Source of the DNA: an uncultured Gammaproteobacteria bacterium
GTDB lineage: Bacteria; Patescibacteriota; Patescibacteriia; UBA9570
Direction: 5' to 3'
NCBI GenBank assembly: GCA_964385285.1
Contig: CAYLOJ010000005.1
Span: 493 to 64,492 of the forward strand
DNA length: 64,000 bases
Shown one piece after another: positions 47,481-56,920 of this stretch (its first letter is position 1; each line of letters starts with the position of its first letter). The notes below the pieces were generated by a model. It was given only the letters and a program-made list of their open reading frames with translations. It searched no databases and was not told where the DNA came from. A program made the translations under genes and the position numbers.

Positions 47481-49061
47481 TTAGCGAGCTAAAATCGGGG
47501 TAGAGGTTAGGGTTAACGTGTCACCAGCTTCAACAGATTGCCAACTATATTCACCGGAACTGTTTGGCACTACACTGGTATATTCTGTTACACCTGTTGG
47601 CACGGTCCAATCAGCAGTCGTGCCAGACCAGGCAACGTAACGCAGCGAGCCATCTGTTTTAGTAATCGTGTAGCTGTAGGTTCCAGTCGTGGTGATGCTG
47701 GCGAGTGGTAATAGTTCACTAGTCAGTAATTGGATGCCGTAATAGGCGAGTTTAGGAGCAGTATTACTATCTACAATACCATAATATCGGAAATCATTGT
47801 CGGCATCATCATTGCCAGTGTAGGTGTGCCAGATGACTAGGGCGTCATCTGCTGCATAGGATTGTACCACTCGACGAAAGACATCACTGGCTTGAGTTGA
47901 ATCGCTATTGGGATAGTTGGTGCGGATCGTCAGGGTTGGATCTGAAGTGGTGCCTGTTTCTGTATTCCAGACAGTTTTATCGCTGATCCCTAACGCTTCC
48001 ATGGTCGTTTGCAGGTCGGCACGGGAATTGGCATAGTGTCGCCAGTCTTCATAATAGTGATAGTTCACAACATCAAACCAGTCCGTGCCACCACCGGCTA
48101 CCACTCCAGTAAGCCAGTCATCTAAGGTATTACTATTCAGACCGCCCATCCCTGGCATAATCACCACTGCATCGGGATCGTGTGCTCTGATGAGGGCAGA
48201 CACCTCAGCTAAAAAGACTCCTTGCTCTTCAGAAGTAAAGGTCTCTCCTTCGGCATAGGCAGGAATATCATCGGCGGATGAATCAGATGATAAGGCAATC
48301 CAGTGATCCATTTCATTACCAATCTCCCAATACTTTACATCATCTTTATAACGATCCACTACAGTGGTAATGTAATCTTCCGCTTCGGTGCCTACCGTTT
48401 TTTGGAATGTACTACTGGCTGTTGCCCACGGTGGTGTACCTGAGGCATATTGTGGCCGGAAGAGCGTGACGATCGGTTCAAACGGCATGCTGGGAATGGC
48501 TGCATCTGCATCGGCAAAATTCCAGTTATCATCAGTTGGCTCTACATTCGACCACAGTAAATCCACTGTAGTGATTTGGCGCAGAGTTTGTGCACCCAGG
48601 TTAGTGAGATCAGTGTAGTAATCTGTATTATCCCCATCGGCGCCATCGAGCGTAATAAAATTAAGCCCGAACTGCACAGGCACAGTTTCAGCATCGGTAG
48701 TAAAGCTCACTTTCTTTGAATAGCGTGAATGTTGTCCATCGGTATAGTATGCCTTGAGGCGGACGGCGTAGGTAGTATCCGCTGAGAGTTCCTTCACGAC
48801 TTTCTTATGTTTGCTGCCATCAATGGTATACTTTTTAACTAAGTGTTTACCTTGGGCACCAGACAATAATTTTAAAGAGAAGTGATCAACATGCTTAGCA
48901 CTGTCCCACTTGATTTTTGCACGATGTAGTTTAATTTTTGAGGTCGGCACTGTCGGTTGCGTGTAGCGACCAGTCGTTTGATTTGCTTGTGGTTGAGTCA
49001 GAGCAGTGACGGGACTAACCGTTGCACCGATGAGTAGTAGTAAGCCAAATAATAATTTCAT
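47481..49061 (-). CDS. secreted clan GH-A glycoside hydrolase with N-terminal Fn3-like domain
   Basis: Signal peptide; Fn3-like beta-sandwich; acid/base 'WEIGNEMD' and nucleophile 'VWNTETG' motifs characteristic of GH clan A (GH5/39-like). Confidence 0.5.
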   Translation of the reverse strand: MKLLFGLLLLIGATVSPVTALTQPQANQTTGRYTQPTVPTSKIKLHRAKIKWDSAKHVDHFSLKLLSGAQGKHLVKKYTIDGSKHKKVVKELSADTTYAVRLKAYYTDGQHSRYSKKVSFTTDAETVPVQFGLNFITLDGADGDNTDYYTDLTNLGAQTLRQITTVDLLWSNVEPTDDNWNFADADAAIPSMPFEPIVTLFRPQYASGTPPWATASSTFQKTVGTEAEDYITTVVDRYKDDVKYWEIGNEMDHWIALSSDSSADDIPAYAEGETFTSEEQGVFLAEVSALIRAHDPDAVVIMPGMGGLNSNTLDDWLTGVVAGGGTDWFDVVNYHYYEDWRHYANSRADLQTTMEALGISDKTVWNTETGTTSDPTLTIRTNYPNSDSTQASDVFRRVVQSYAADDALVIWHTYTGNDDADNDFRYYGIVDSNTAPKLAYYGIQLLTSELLPLASITTTGTYSYTITKTDGSLRYVAWSGTTADWTVPTGVTEYTSVVPNSSGEYSWQSVEAGDTLTLTSTPILAR

Positions 49062-49148
49062 GATTGTAGTATAACATTATTTTATGATGCCCTTGTGGGA
49101 AACTCAATAATCTGGTAAAACTGCAGCACTTCGCACGGAGGTATTGCG

Positions 49149-49811
49149 ATGACGTCCAACACTTCGGTTCCTTCCAATTCGTTCCACTGGACCGCCAACT
49201 GGATCACGATCGCACGTGTGCTGTTCGTGATCCCGATGATCTACTTCTACTTGCAGGGTGACTTGCAATGGGGAGGTATCTGTTTCATCGCCAGCATCGT
49301 GCCTGACTGGTTCGACGGCCCGTTCGCGCGTTGGCAGTCTCGTCGATACGGGACCATGCTGACTCCTGAAGACGAACACCGCCTGTCCTACTGGCAGCGC
49401 ATCAACTACCCTGGGCAAACAACTCTGGGAGCGATGCTTGATCCGCTGTTCGATAAGGTGACCAACGGTCTCGGTCTGCTACTGGCGGGCTGGAACTTCA
49501 TACCGTTGTGGCTGGTCGGCTGCGTCATCGGCATCGACCTGGTGCTGCAGTTCGTGGTGCGACCGCTCAAGTCGCACTACAAGATCGGCAGCATTAAAGC
49601 CACGGACTGGGGTAAGTACAAAACTCAGTGCCAAGGCTGGTGCGCCGGTTTCATGCCGTTTTGGCAGATCTGGCACTGGCCCTACGCGGATCTCGTGTTC
49701 ACGCTCTGGCTGACGTTCTGCATCGGCTTCGGTCTGATGTCTCTGCGCAGCCACCTGATCCCAATGCTGCGGTGGTGGCGCAACGGCACTGGAATGACGA
49801 TCGACCGGTGA
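49149..49811 (+). CDS. CDP-alcohol phosphatidyltransferase-family protein (high-GC island gene)
   Basis: 'DWFDGPFARWQ...........GAMLDPLFDKV' fits D(x)2DG(x)2AR...G(x)3D(x)3D. About 62% GC with GC3 bias; GGAGG SD; hairpin terminator downstream. Confidence 0.7.
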   Translation: MTSNTSVPSNSFHWTANWITIARVLFVIPMIYFYLQGDLQWGGICFIASIVPDWFDGPFARWQSRRYGTMLTPEDEHRLSYWQRINYPGQTTLGAMLDPLFDKVTNGLGLLLAGWNFIPLWLVGCVIGIDLVLQFVVRPLKSHYKIGSIKATDWGKYKTQCQGWCAGFMPFWQIWHWPYADLVFTLWLTFCIGFGLMSLRSHLIPMLRWWRNGTGMTIDR

Positions 49812-49886
49812 TGGGCGGCGGCGTTTCTCACGATTCGCCGCATCCCCAAACTATTATGCGTTTTAATTCATCATTAAGACACGATC

Positions 49887-50231
49887 ATGATTCAACTACA
49901 GCCTAACGAAACAATCATCAAGCAAGATCGCATCATTCAAATTCATAGTGCAATCTCTTCCACTTTTGGTACGTTGTATCTAACTAATCAACGCGTGGTG
50001 GTGGAGAAAAACAAATGGGCCATGGTGCTTGGTTTGGTTGGTTGGTTATTGGCAAAGTTTTTCCCTGGTTCTATTCAAGCCTACCCGCGCACAGAGATTG
50101 TGAGCCGTGAACAAACTAAACATGGGTTTAACACCAATGTGTTGCTACTAAAGTTTAAAGACGGCAAAACCTGGAAGTTAGGTCTGACCGCTGCCTATAC
50201 CGAATGGGACGAAGCCTTTAAATCTGCTTAG
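49887..50231 (+). CDS. PH/GRAM-like small protein
   Basis: 'GTLYLTNQRVVVEK' is a bacterial-PH-like core; 114 aa. Confidence 0.35.
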   Translation: MIQLQPNETIIKQDRIIQIHSAISSTFGTLYLTNQRVVVEKNKWAMVLGLVGWLLAKFFPGSIQAYPRTEIVSREQTKHGFNTNVLLLKFKDGKTWKLGLTAAYTEWDEAFKSA

Positions 50232-50802
50232 GCAGTTTTTTTCGGTAGACCAATAAAACCATCACTAATAGCACATCCATAGTGAGAATAACGGTAGGAT
50301 AAAACCAGGTAGTAAATTGGTAGCGTTCAAGTGCCAATAAAATAATTCCGTACTTAATCGCACTAATTAAGTACATGCTGACGCTTTCTTCCCAGGGGTT
50401 ATGGAAGCTTTTTCTAAACGTTGGGATGAATCCACAAAGATCAGCGCACACTACTAGTAGTACTGCAATCTCTGGCTGACCCGTTTGCCACCACAATACA
50501 ATTGCAATCAGTGCTAAACTAAGAGCAACTTTATCTGTGAGAGTATAGAGTTGAACTTTTTGCTTCAATCCAATTATTGCCACTACTAAACACAACAGTC
50601 CAGAGACGCCGTTAATCCATGAGGCGGCACCGGCTCCAGCCGAGAATAAAATAGCCGAATTTGTTAACTCTAAAATCGCCCAGACAAACCAAGAAAACGC
50701 ATGTGGTTTAGTATGGCCGCGCAAGATATCACGGAAATAGATTACGTAACTGATAACGGCCAGTCCAATTCCGATACTGCTCAGGATAAGTTTATAGTCC
50801 AT
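50218..50802 (-). CDS. integral membrane protein (6 TM), unknown
   Basis: Hydrophobicity pattern only. Confidence 0.45.
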   Translation of the reverse strand: MDYKLILSSIGIGLAVISYVIYFRDILRGHTKPHAFSWFVWAILELTNSAILFSAGAGAASWINGVSGLLCLVVAIIGLKQKVQLYTLTDKVALSLALIAIVLWWQTGQPEIAVLLVVCADLCGFIPTFRKSFHNPWEESVSMYLISAIKYGIILLALERYQFTTWFYPTVILTMDVLLVMVLLVYRKKLPKQI

Positions 50803-50871
50803 TACCCGTAGCTTACTGAAATTTGGTGGAATTTACCATGGGTTGCAGGTAGCGATCCCGCGGCAGGCTCT

Positions 50872-51639
50872 TTAGAATTTAAACAGCAAGGCAGGATCCG
50901 GACAAAGCGTGGTGTAGTAATTCCGTTCACTGGGTCTGGCTACGCCTGGAAAATCACCGACGTTGCCTAGCAGGTCACAGATAATTTCAGCGTGCACATG
51001 CGGTGCCCACTGACCGTTTTCATGTGTGTCGCCGACCCAAGCAAACGCCGTTCCAGCTGGAATAGTCTGGCCGATTATTTTGTCTGTTAAGGAAGTTGTC
51101 GACAGGTGACCATACAAACTATAAAAAGTAATGCCAGCAAGTTCGTGTTCTAGAATAATTGTCGCGCCGTAATCTAAGAATTGATTGTTGCATTGAGCGC
51201 CGCGAATGATTCCTGATAACGGCGCGTAGAGCGGTGTATTGACCGGCAGCCATAGATCATATGCTAAATGCACAGAGCGAGCTTCGGTTTGGTCACCGCG
51301 AAATAGATCGCTTTGATAAAGCACGCGATCCTCGTTATAGCGTCCCACGCCAAACCGTTTACCTGCCACTTGTAACGTAGTGGCAATATAGTTCTGCAAT
51401 TGTTCTGGATGAGCCATATCAATTGTTGCCAGAGCAGAATTACGACTACCAAAATCAAACCAGATCGGTTCGGTACCAAAAAACGGAGTAGCAAGAATCG
51501 GTTGAATGGCTGTTTGGTTCTGTTGTAAGGCTTGGACTACGGCCGCACAGTGTTTTTGCTGTGCTGGAGTTAATGTAGGCATAAAGTAAATGAATAATAA
51601 TTGATTACAACTGAGCGGGGAAGAGATGGTGTGTTTCAT
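50872..51639 (-). CDS. M23-family metallopeptidase-like protein
   Basis: 'HLAYD' (HxxxD), 'YGHLS', and 'PHVHAEI' (HxH) are spaced as in LytM/M23. An alternative start is at Met-20 (51582). Confidence 0.55.
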   Translation of the reverse strand: MKHTISSPLSCNQLLFIYFMPTLTPAQQKHCAAVVQALQQNQTAIQPILATPFFGTEPIWFDFGSRNSALATIDMAHPEQLQNYIATTLQVAGKRFGVGRYNEDRVLYQSDLFRGDQTEARSVHLAYDLWLPVNTPLYAPLSGIIRGAQCNNQFLDYGATIILEHELAGITFYSLYGHLSTTSLTDKIIGQTIPAGTAFAWVGDTHENGQWAPHVHAEIICDLLGNVGDFPGVARPSERNYYTTLCPDPALLFKF

Positions 51640-51694
51640 GACATCATCTCTTCCCAGTCCTCCTCAGTTCACTGGTCGCTCTGGAACGACTGCC

Positions 51695-52609
51695 TTAGCC
51701 AGCAGTCACCAGCCGACGATAGTGCTGCAGTCCAGTGATGAACAGCGGCAACTTGGCCGTCTGGTAGTTCCGGTAGCGCAACGCTTGTGGATCATCGTCT
51801 GCGTGGACAGGCGTGCCTTCGCTGAATGCCAGAATCGGCCCGTCGTCGATGACGTCATTCACCAAGTGCAGCGTCGCACCGGTCTGCATCGGTTCGCTCT
51901 GAGCGCGACGGATCGCATCCGCAGTCGGCGTAGGCCCGCGCAGGCAGTAGCGATGACCGAGTTGGGTGATGGCCGGATGGATGTTCAGTACCAGTCCGTA
52001 CAGTCCAAACGACGTGATCAGGAACTCGATGCGCGCCATGTAGTGATCAGAAACGATGATGTCCGCCTCCAGCTTTTGGAACAGACGGTAGACCTCCGTT
52101 TCGAACGCCAGCTTGCCAGCAGCGCGCGCCTCCAGTTGATCTCGACCTAATCCGCGGAACTCCGACGGGATGTTCCAGGTCGGCAGATCCAGATTGGTGG
52201 GCCACAGCCAGTCCGAACGACCATCCGGCAGCGGGCGGTAGCCATGCAGGTCCTTCGGACGATCATCGGTGATGACGCCGGCGATATGGAACTGCCCATG
52301 CAGGTCGCCGCCCGGCGCAGCGGCCAAGGCAGTGTGTTCGATCAGTCCCTGCATGTAGCGCGCACCGTCACGCGTGGCGATCATCTCACCATTGTGATCG
52401 CACAACGCCACGTCGCGCAGCGAGGTGAGGAACAGGATCCGGAGTGGACGATTACTCGGCAGGCTGGTGCCAGCGAGATTCGGGTGCAGCAGACGAGTTT
52501 GCATGGCATGGCCTCGGGTAGAAGTTGAACGCGGCATGATGTCGCGTGTCAGCTGGTTGAGTTGTAGTGAACAAGCAAGGTTGTGTAGATGTGTGGGGAG
52601 TTCATCCAC
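51695..52609 (-). CDS. formyltransferase-family protein (PurN/Fmt-like fold; high-GC island gene)
   Basis: 'ADIIVSDHYMARIEF.....LVLNIHPA' and 'GATLHLVNDVIDDGPILAFSEGTPV' align to PurN 'VVVLAGFMRIL....LLNIHPSLLP' and 'GTSVHFVTDELDGGPVILQAKVPV'. About 63% GC. The start may be Met-25 (52537). Confidence 0.55.
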   Translation of the reverse strand: MDELPTHLHNLACSLQLNQLTRDIMPRSTSTRGHAMQTRLLHPNLAGTSLPSNRPLRILFLTSLRDVALCDHNGEMIATRDGARYMQGLIEHTALAAAPGGDLHGQFHIAGVITDDRPKDLHGYRPLPDGRSDWLWPTNLDLPTWNIPSEFRGLGRDQLEARAAGKLAFETEVYRLFQKLEADIIVSDHYMARIEFLITSFGLYGLVLNIHPAITQLGHRYCLRGPTPTADAIRRAQSEPMQTGATLHLVNDVIDDGPILAFSEGTPVHADDDPQALRYRNYQTAKLPLFITGLQHYRRLVTAG

Positions 52610-52639
52610 TCAGCCCTGCAGAATAGCTACAATATGTAG

Positions 52640-52671
52640 AAATAAACAAAACAGCTGCCTTACGAGGCAGC
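52640..52671 (-). terminator. rho-independent terminator of the msrB-rhodanese operon
   Basis: On the minus strand, GCTGCCT-cgta-AGGCAGC is a 7-bp stem with a 4-nt loop, followed by 'TGTTTTGTTTATTT'. Confidence 0.6.
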
Positions 52672-52801
52672 CTAGGAACTAGGAGTGGGATAGAAAAACT
52701 ACCTCGTGTGCAGCGATGTCTTCTTACCCTTCTTATTCAATTGTGATCGAAACTGGGAAATCATGTGATGATCTTAATTGATTATAAATATTTGTCAATA
52801 G

Positions 52802-53092
52802 TTACGCCGTCCAAGCCATCATGCCGCCCGTGACACTATACAAATTATTAATGCCAGCTGCTCCCAATGTTAGCGTGACTAATCGACTACGACTACCCGA
52901 GTGACAGATAATGTAGGTTGGTTGGTCTGATTTTAATTCTGCCATACGTTGCTGCACCTCTTGCGTCGGAATATTGATCGCACCAGGAATTGCTCCTGTT
53001 TTAAACTCTTCTGGTGTGCGCACATCAATGATTCGTAGGTGTGGGTTGGCGTTGAGTAATTCGCGCAGTGCTTGAGTGGTGATTTCTAACAT
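52802..53092 (-). CDS. single-domain rhodanese-like sulfurtransferase
   Basis: Active-site loop 'ICHSGSRS'; 96 aa. Confidence 0.8.
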   Translation of the reverse strand: MLEITTQALRELLNANPHLRIIDVRTPEEFKTGAIPGAINIPTQEVQQRMAELKSDQPTYIICHSGSRSRLVTLTLGAAGINNLYSVTGGMMAWTA

Positions 53093-53098
53093 AGAGGA

Positions 53099-53458
53099 TT
53101 ATTTTTGAATAAATTTCATGGAGAGTGAATTTACGCAATGACGTGTATTTTTGGCGGTAAAACCTTCACCTTCAAACACATGCCCCAAATGACCACCGCA
53201 ATGCGCGCAGGTGATCTCGGTGCGACGTCCATCAGAATCGACGGTGCGCTTGACTGCGCCAGGAATTTCTTGATCAAAACTCGGCCAGCCACAACCGGAG
53301 TGAAATTTTGCATCAGAGGTGTAGAGCGGGGTATTGCAGCGTCGACAAATATAGGTACCTTCTTCAAAAAAGTCATCGTATTCACCCGTGCCAGGTGCCT
53401 CGGTGCCTTTATGAACTAAGATATTTTCCTCTTCGGAGGTCAGATGATTATAGGGCAT
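53099..53458 (-). CDS. msrB: peptide-methionine (R)-S-oxide reductase MsrB
   Basis: 'CRRCNTPLY', 'CGWPSF', '[17 protein letters not shown]'. Confidence 0.9.
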   Translation of the reverse strand: MPYNHLTSEEENILVHKGTEAPGTGEYDDFFEEGTYICRRCNTPLYTSDAKFHSGCGWPSFDQEIPGAVKRTVDSDGRRTEITCAHCGGHLGHVFEGEGFTAKNTRHCVNSLSMKFIQK

Positions 53459-53473
53459 AGTCCTAGTATAGCA

Positions 53474-53941
53474 TTAATTATTCTCAATAAAAATCTGTGT
53501 GAGATAATAATAGTGGCCAGATTTCCCAACGCCCATTCCACTGACTGTATAATCAGTACCTTCAATATTCTCGCGGTGGCCCTCACTATTCAGCCATAGA
53601 TCAACAATTTGCCGGGCGACGCCAGAACTACTCGTAGTGTAGGCAACATTTTCTCCGGCTGAACGTAACTGAGGAAAGTAGGATTGGATGGCAGTGATGC
53701 GATCTGCAAAACCGTCATGACCAAAGGCAGTACGACCATGGGCCATATCCTTACTATGTTGCCGCGCTTCGTAGGCAACGTGTGTATTCCAGGTTAGTTT
53801 CTCTAACCCCGTCGCCGTTCGATGTTGATTCACTAATTTAAACGTACGTCGTTCTAAACTATGCTTAGAAATAGGTGCAGCTTGAGCAGTGACCGCAGAT
53901 AAGCTGAATAAGAGGGCACAAGTAATAGCGAGGTGTCGCAT
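53474..53941 (-). CDS. secreted CAP (SCP/PR-1-like) domain protein
   Basis: Signal peptide; 'HRENI', 'GENVAY', and 'YTVSGMGV' CAP motifs. Confidence 0.65.
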   Translation of the reverse strand: MRHLAITCALLFSLSAVTAQAAPISKHSLERRTFKLVNQHRTATGLEKLTWNTHVAYEARQHSKDMAHGRTAFGHDGFADRITAIQSYFPQLRSAGENVAYTTSSSGVARQIVDLWLNSEGHRENIEGTDYTVSGMGVGKSGHYYYLTQIFIENN

Positions 53942-53953
53942 GGGATGAATCTG

Positions 53954-54334
53954 TTACTGTTGACGCAACTCTTGATCTGCTTCTACGCTCGTGACAGGTT
54001 TACTCATTGCCAGTAGCTTCACAATGCCAGCACCAATTAATGTGTAAATCAGGATTGCGAGGAGTGTGCCCCATTCAATGACTGAATTATTAACGACTGC
54101 TAAATTGAACACATAGACAAAGGGATACGCGAATGGTGTTGAGATAAGATAGATGAACTGTGTGAAACCGGCTGCGTCATTTGCGGCAAGCGCTTTTAAG
54201 ATGAAGCGCAGTAATAAAATAATATCTACTACAGCAACCATAGCCCAAATGATTTGGATGCCACGATAGAGAGGCTTAACGCGTTGCACTTCGGACTGAG
54301 TCGGCGTTGCAGTCGAGGGCGTTGATGGGATCAT
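53954..54334 (-). CDS. YggT-like small membrane protein
   Basis: Topology and the 'ILLLRFIL' pattern; weak call. Confidence 0.3.
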   Translation of the reverse strand: MIPSTPSTATPTQSEVQRVKPLYRGIQIIWAMVAVVDIILLLRFILKALAANDAAGFTQFIYLISTPFAYPFVYVFNLAVVNNSVIEWGTLLAILIYTLIGAGIVKLLAMSKPVTSVEADQELRQQ

Positions 54335-54400
54335 AGAATGATCTTTAAAGTTAAGCTGTCTACAGTATAGACTGCGCAGCGTAAAGGCGATATAGCAAGC

Positions 54401-54784
54401 TTACCAAGCTTGGCCGGTTTGGTATCCCCAAACGATCATCATGGTAGCTAGTAGAACGATCCAAATCATTTCACCGAGACCAGCCAACATTCCAGTAATC
54501 ATCCGAAGACCATTATTACTCGTGCGCCAACCCACGAGTTGTGTACCGCCATCGATCAGTGCCGGCAGTAACAGGGGAATGGCCCAATACCAAGCTGGTT
54601 GCAGCAACAACACGAGTGGCAAACCGAACAGATATCCGATCCATATTCCGGTGCAGCGTGCACAGACAGGGAATTGCCGGCCATGATAAAACAAGGATCG
54701 TTCTGGTAAACGATGACAGTACCAAAGGTACTTAAGCATTATCCAAAATGGCACCAGCCAAGCCGATGGCAAAGAAGATGCCAA
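54401..54784 (-). CDS. DUF2085-family membrane protein
   Basis: 'CHRLPERSLFYHGRQFPVCARCTGIWIG' hallmark. Confidence 0.55.
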   Translation of the reverse strand: MASSLPSAWLVPFWIMLKYLWYCHRLPERSLFYHGRQFPVCARCTGIWIGYLFGLPLVLLLQPAWYWAIPLLLPALIDGGTQLVGWRTSNNGLRMITGMLAGLGEMIWIVLLATMMIVWGYQTGQAW

Positions 54785-55115
54785 AGATCGCTAAGCCAAT
54801 GATACCGGTGATCACTGTGACCATTAAGATATTCTTGGCGGTTTGTGGTTTTTCCTTTTTCCAAACGAAGTACAAGACAACGCCAACGATCGAACTTACA
54901 ACTGTTGGACAGGCATAACAGGTTGGCCCACAGCAGATGTTACCCACACCAATCGCTGCGCCAATCCCAGCTTGCGCGGCGCCATTCAGCTCTCCGGATG
55001 GATTGGTTGTTGAGACAGGTTGTCCAACTGTATTCACAACATTAATCACTTGTGGAGCAGGAGTTGGGGTTGAAGTAGGTTGTGCGTTGGATTGGTCCAT
55101 AACGGTAGTTATCAA
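54732..55115 (-). CDS. small membrane protein with 'CCGPTCYACP' Cys cluster
   Basis: Thr/Pro-rich N-terminus, Cys cluster, then two TM segments. Confidence 0.35.
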   Translation of the reverse strand: MITTVMDQSNAQPTSTPTPAPQVINVVNTVGQPVSTTNPSGELNGAAQAGIGAAIGVGNICCGPTCYACPTVVSSIVGVVLYFVWKKEKPQTAKNILMVTVITGIIGLAIFGIFFAIGLAGAILDNA

Positions 55116-55163
55116 AATAAGTTGTCAATAATGTACTGGATTTTGCTGAAATCGTCAACTCGT

Positions 55164-56804
55164 TTACACTGCCCAGAAACTCTCCATGGTGTATCCTAAC
55201 AGATCAATCTTTTTTCGTATTTCTGCCGCTGTCATGATGCGACTATCCTCATGACTGTTGTATAGACGCACTGGCAGATTTGATGGTCCAATAAAGTGTG
55301 GATGATCGCCGCGCTTCGTGAGCAATTTGGCACCAAGCCGAATAATTTTTTGTTTGACGCGTTTAACAGATAATTTTGTACGTTCTTCTGGTCTAGCTTT
55401 CTGTTCAGATTGAATAGGCGAAGATAGAGTGGTGATGACCGGCTCTGGAGTAACAACTGGCTCGGATTCTATGGTATTGGTAGATGTTACATCTATTTCG
55501 GTGGTTGGAGCCAACACAATCGGATCAGAAGTTTGTGTTGTTTCGAGTGGCATCTTACTGTGTGTTACCGCACTATCCGGGTTAATGGAGAGTAGTTCTC
55601 GCAGTGTGGCATGGTCTTTGAGTGGCACTTGCTCACGTTCATACTTGCGATAGACGGCCCTTAATACTTCATGCCGTATGGCATCGTACAGCGGCTTATT
55701 ATTCACGCGTTCAAACATGGATGACATTGGGACAAAATAGGTCAGGTTTACAGTCAGATCACTGCTGATACGAGAAACTTCACCTGCCAGCACCGGACCA
55801 ACTCCAGCTACGATTAACTCGAAACCAGCCAAAAAGAACGGAGATCGCTTCCGATCTGCATTATGCAAAACACCAGTGACTCGTCTACCACTAATCGTGA
55901 AGCTTGGACATTCGAACGGTTCTGTGGCACCGTCAGTTTCAAAATCAACAGTCTGTAACCACTGATAAATAGCCTCGTTGTGTAAATCTGCAGCAATCTT
56001 TTCTTTATGGATTAACGCATCATAAGCAGATAAATGCGCAAAGCTGCTAGCCCTAAAATATTGTGCATGGATACTGTCATTGTTATCTAAACCCGGAGTA
56101 TGCTCTCGCATCGCTTGTAATGTCTCAGCAGTAGTTTGTCTCCGCATCATCATCTGCTCACCGAGTGGAGTGTTATAACGTTTTTCAATATTTGCACTGA
56201 GACGTTGATCAATTTGTGCATCAATTTGTAGCGCCATGGCGGCATAGTGCGCTTCCTCAAGAATCATGGTGAGTAGCGGACGTTGAGCATCAATCGCAGT
56301 TTGACCAATCATCTGAATCACTTGTCGGTATCGTCCCATAAAACGTTCAACTTTGCCGTTAATAGTCTCCGCTAATTGACGATCCTCACGACTGCCTAGT
56401 GCCGGTGGGGAGCCATGGCTATCAATGTAACTTTGTACAGTGCGATTTTCGATAGCTAAAATTTGGTCACTATACCATTTGGCTAGTGCCTCATAATAGT
56501 TTTTTACTAGCAGATTGAGTTCGCGTGAAAATACGCCATACACTTGTAATGTTTCCACAAGATCATCAGAATCATCAGCACTACTTTCTGCAACGAACGA
56601 TTCGTATTCAGTAAAATGTTCGGCAATTCTCCCCAACAATTTTAAGACCTTTTCAGGGAATTCCAGGTTGCGGTCAATACGGTTAATAATGGTTTCGAGC
56701 AAACGTTTAGATGAACGCTGTTTGCCACGTTCTTGCAGTAGACCAGTTTCAGTAGGCGCATTGCGCGGTCCTGTAGGAACTTTAGGTTCGTATTTTTTAC
56801 CCAT
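55164..56804 (-). CDS. hypothetical protein (546 aa)
   Basis: Long ORF with host composition; no motif recognised. Confidence 0.5.
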   Translation of the reverse strand: MGKKYEPKVPTGPRNAPTETGLLQERGKQRSSKRLLETIINRIDRNLEFPEKVLKLLGRIAEHFTEYESFVAESSADDSDDLVETLQVYGVFSRELNLLVKNYYEALAKWYSDQILAIENRTVQSYIDSHGSPPALGSREDRQLAETINGKVERFMGRYRQVIQMIGQTAIDAQRPLLTMILEEAHYAAMALQIDAQIDQRLSANIEKRYNTPLGEQMMMRRQTTAETLQAMREHTPGLDNNDSIHAQYFRASSFAHLSAYDALIHKEKIAADLHNEAIYQWLQTVDFETDGATEPFECPSFTISGRRVTGVLHNADRKRSPFFLAGFELIVAGVGPVLAGEVSRISSDLTVNLTYFVPMSSMFERVNNKPLYDAIRHEVLRAVYRKYEREQVPLKDHATLRELLSINPDSAVTHSKMPLETTQTSDPIVLAPTTEIDVTSTNTIESEPVVTPEPVITTLSSPIQSEQKARPEERTKLSVKRVKQKIIRLGAKLLTKRGDHPHFIGPSNLPVRLYNSHEDSRIMTAAEIRKKIDLLGYTMESFWAV

Positions 56805-56920
56805 AGTTTATTCAATAGTATCTCAAAAAAAATGTGCTTTGTCAATCATTACAGCAGTATGGTCTAGCGACAAAGATAGCTGATTCGATCGACGTGTGAG
56901 CCAATATTGTGTAGAATGCG

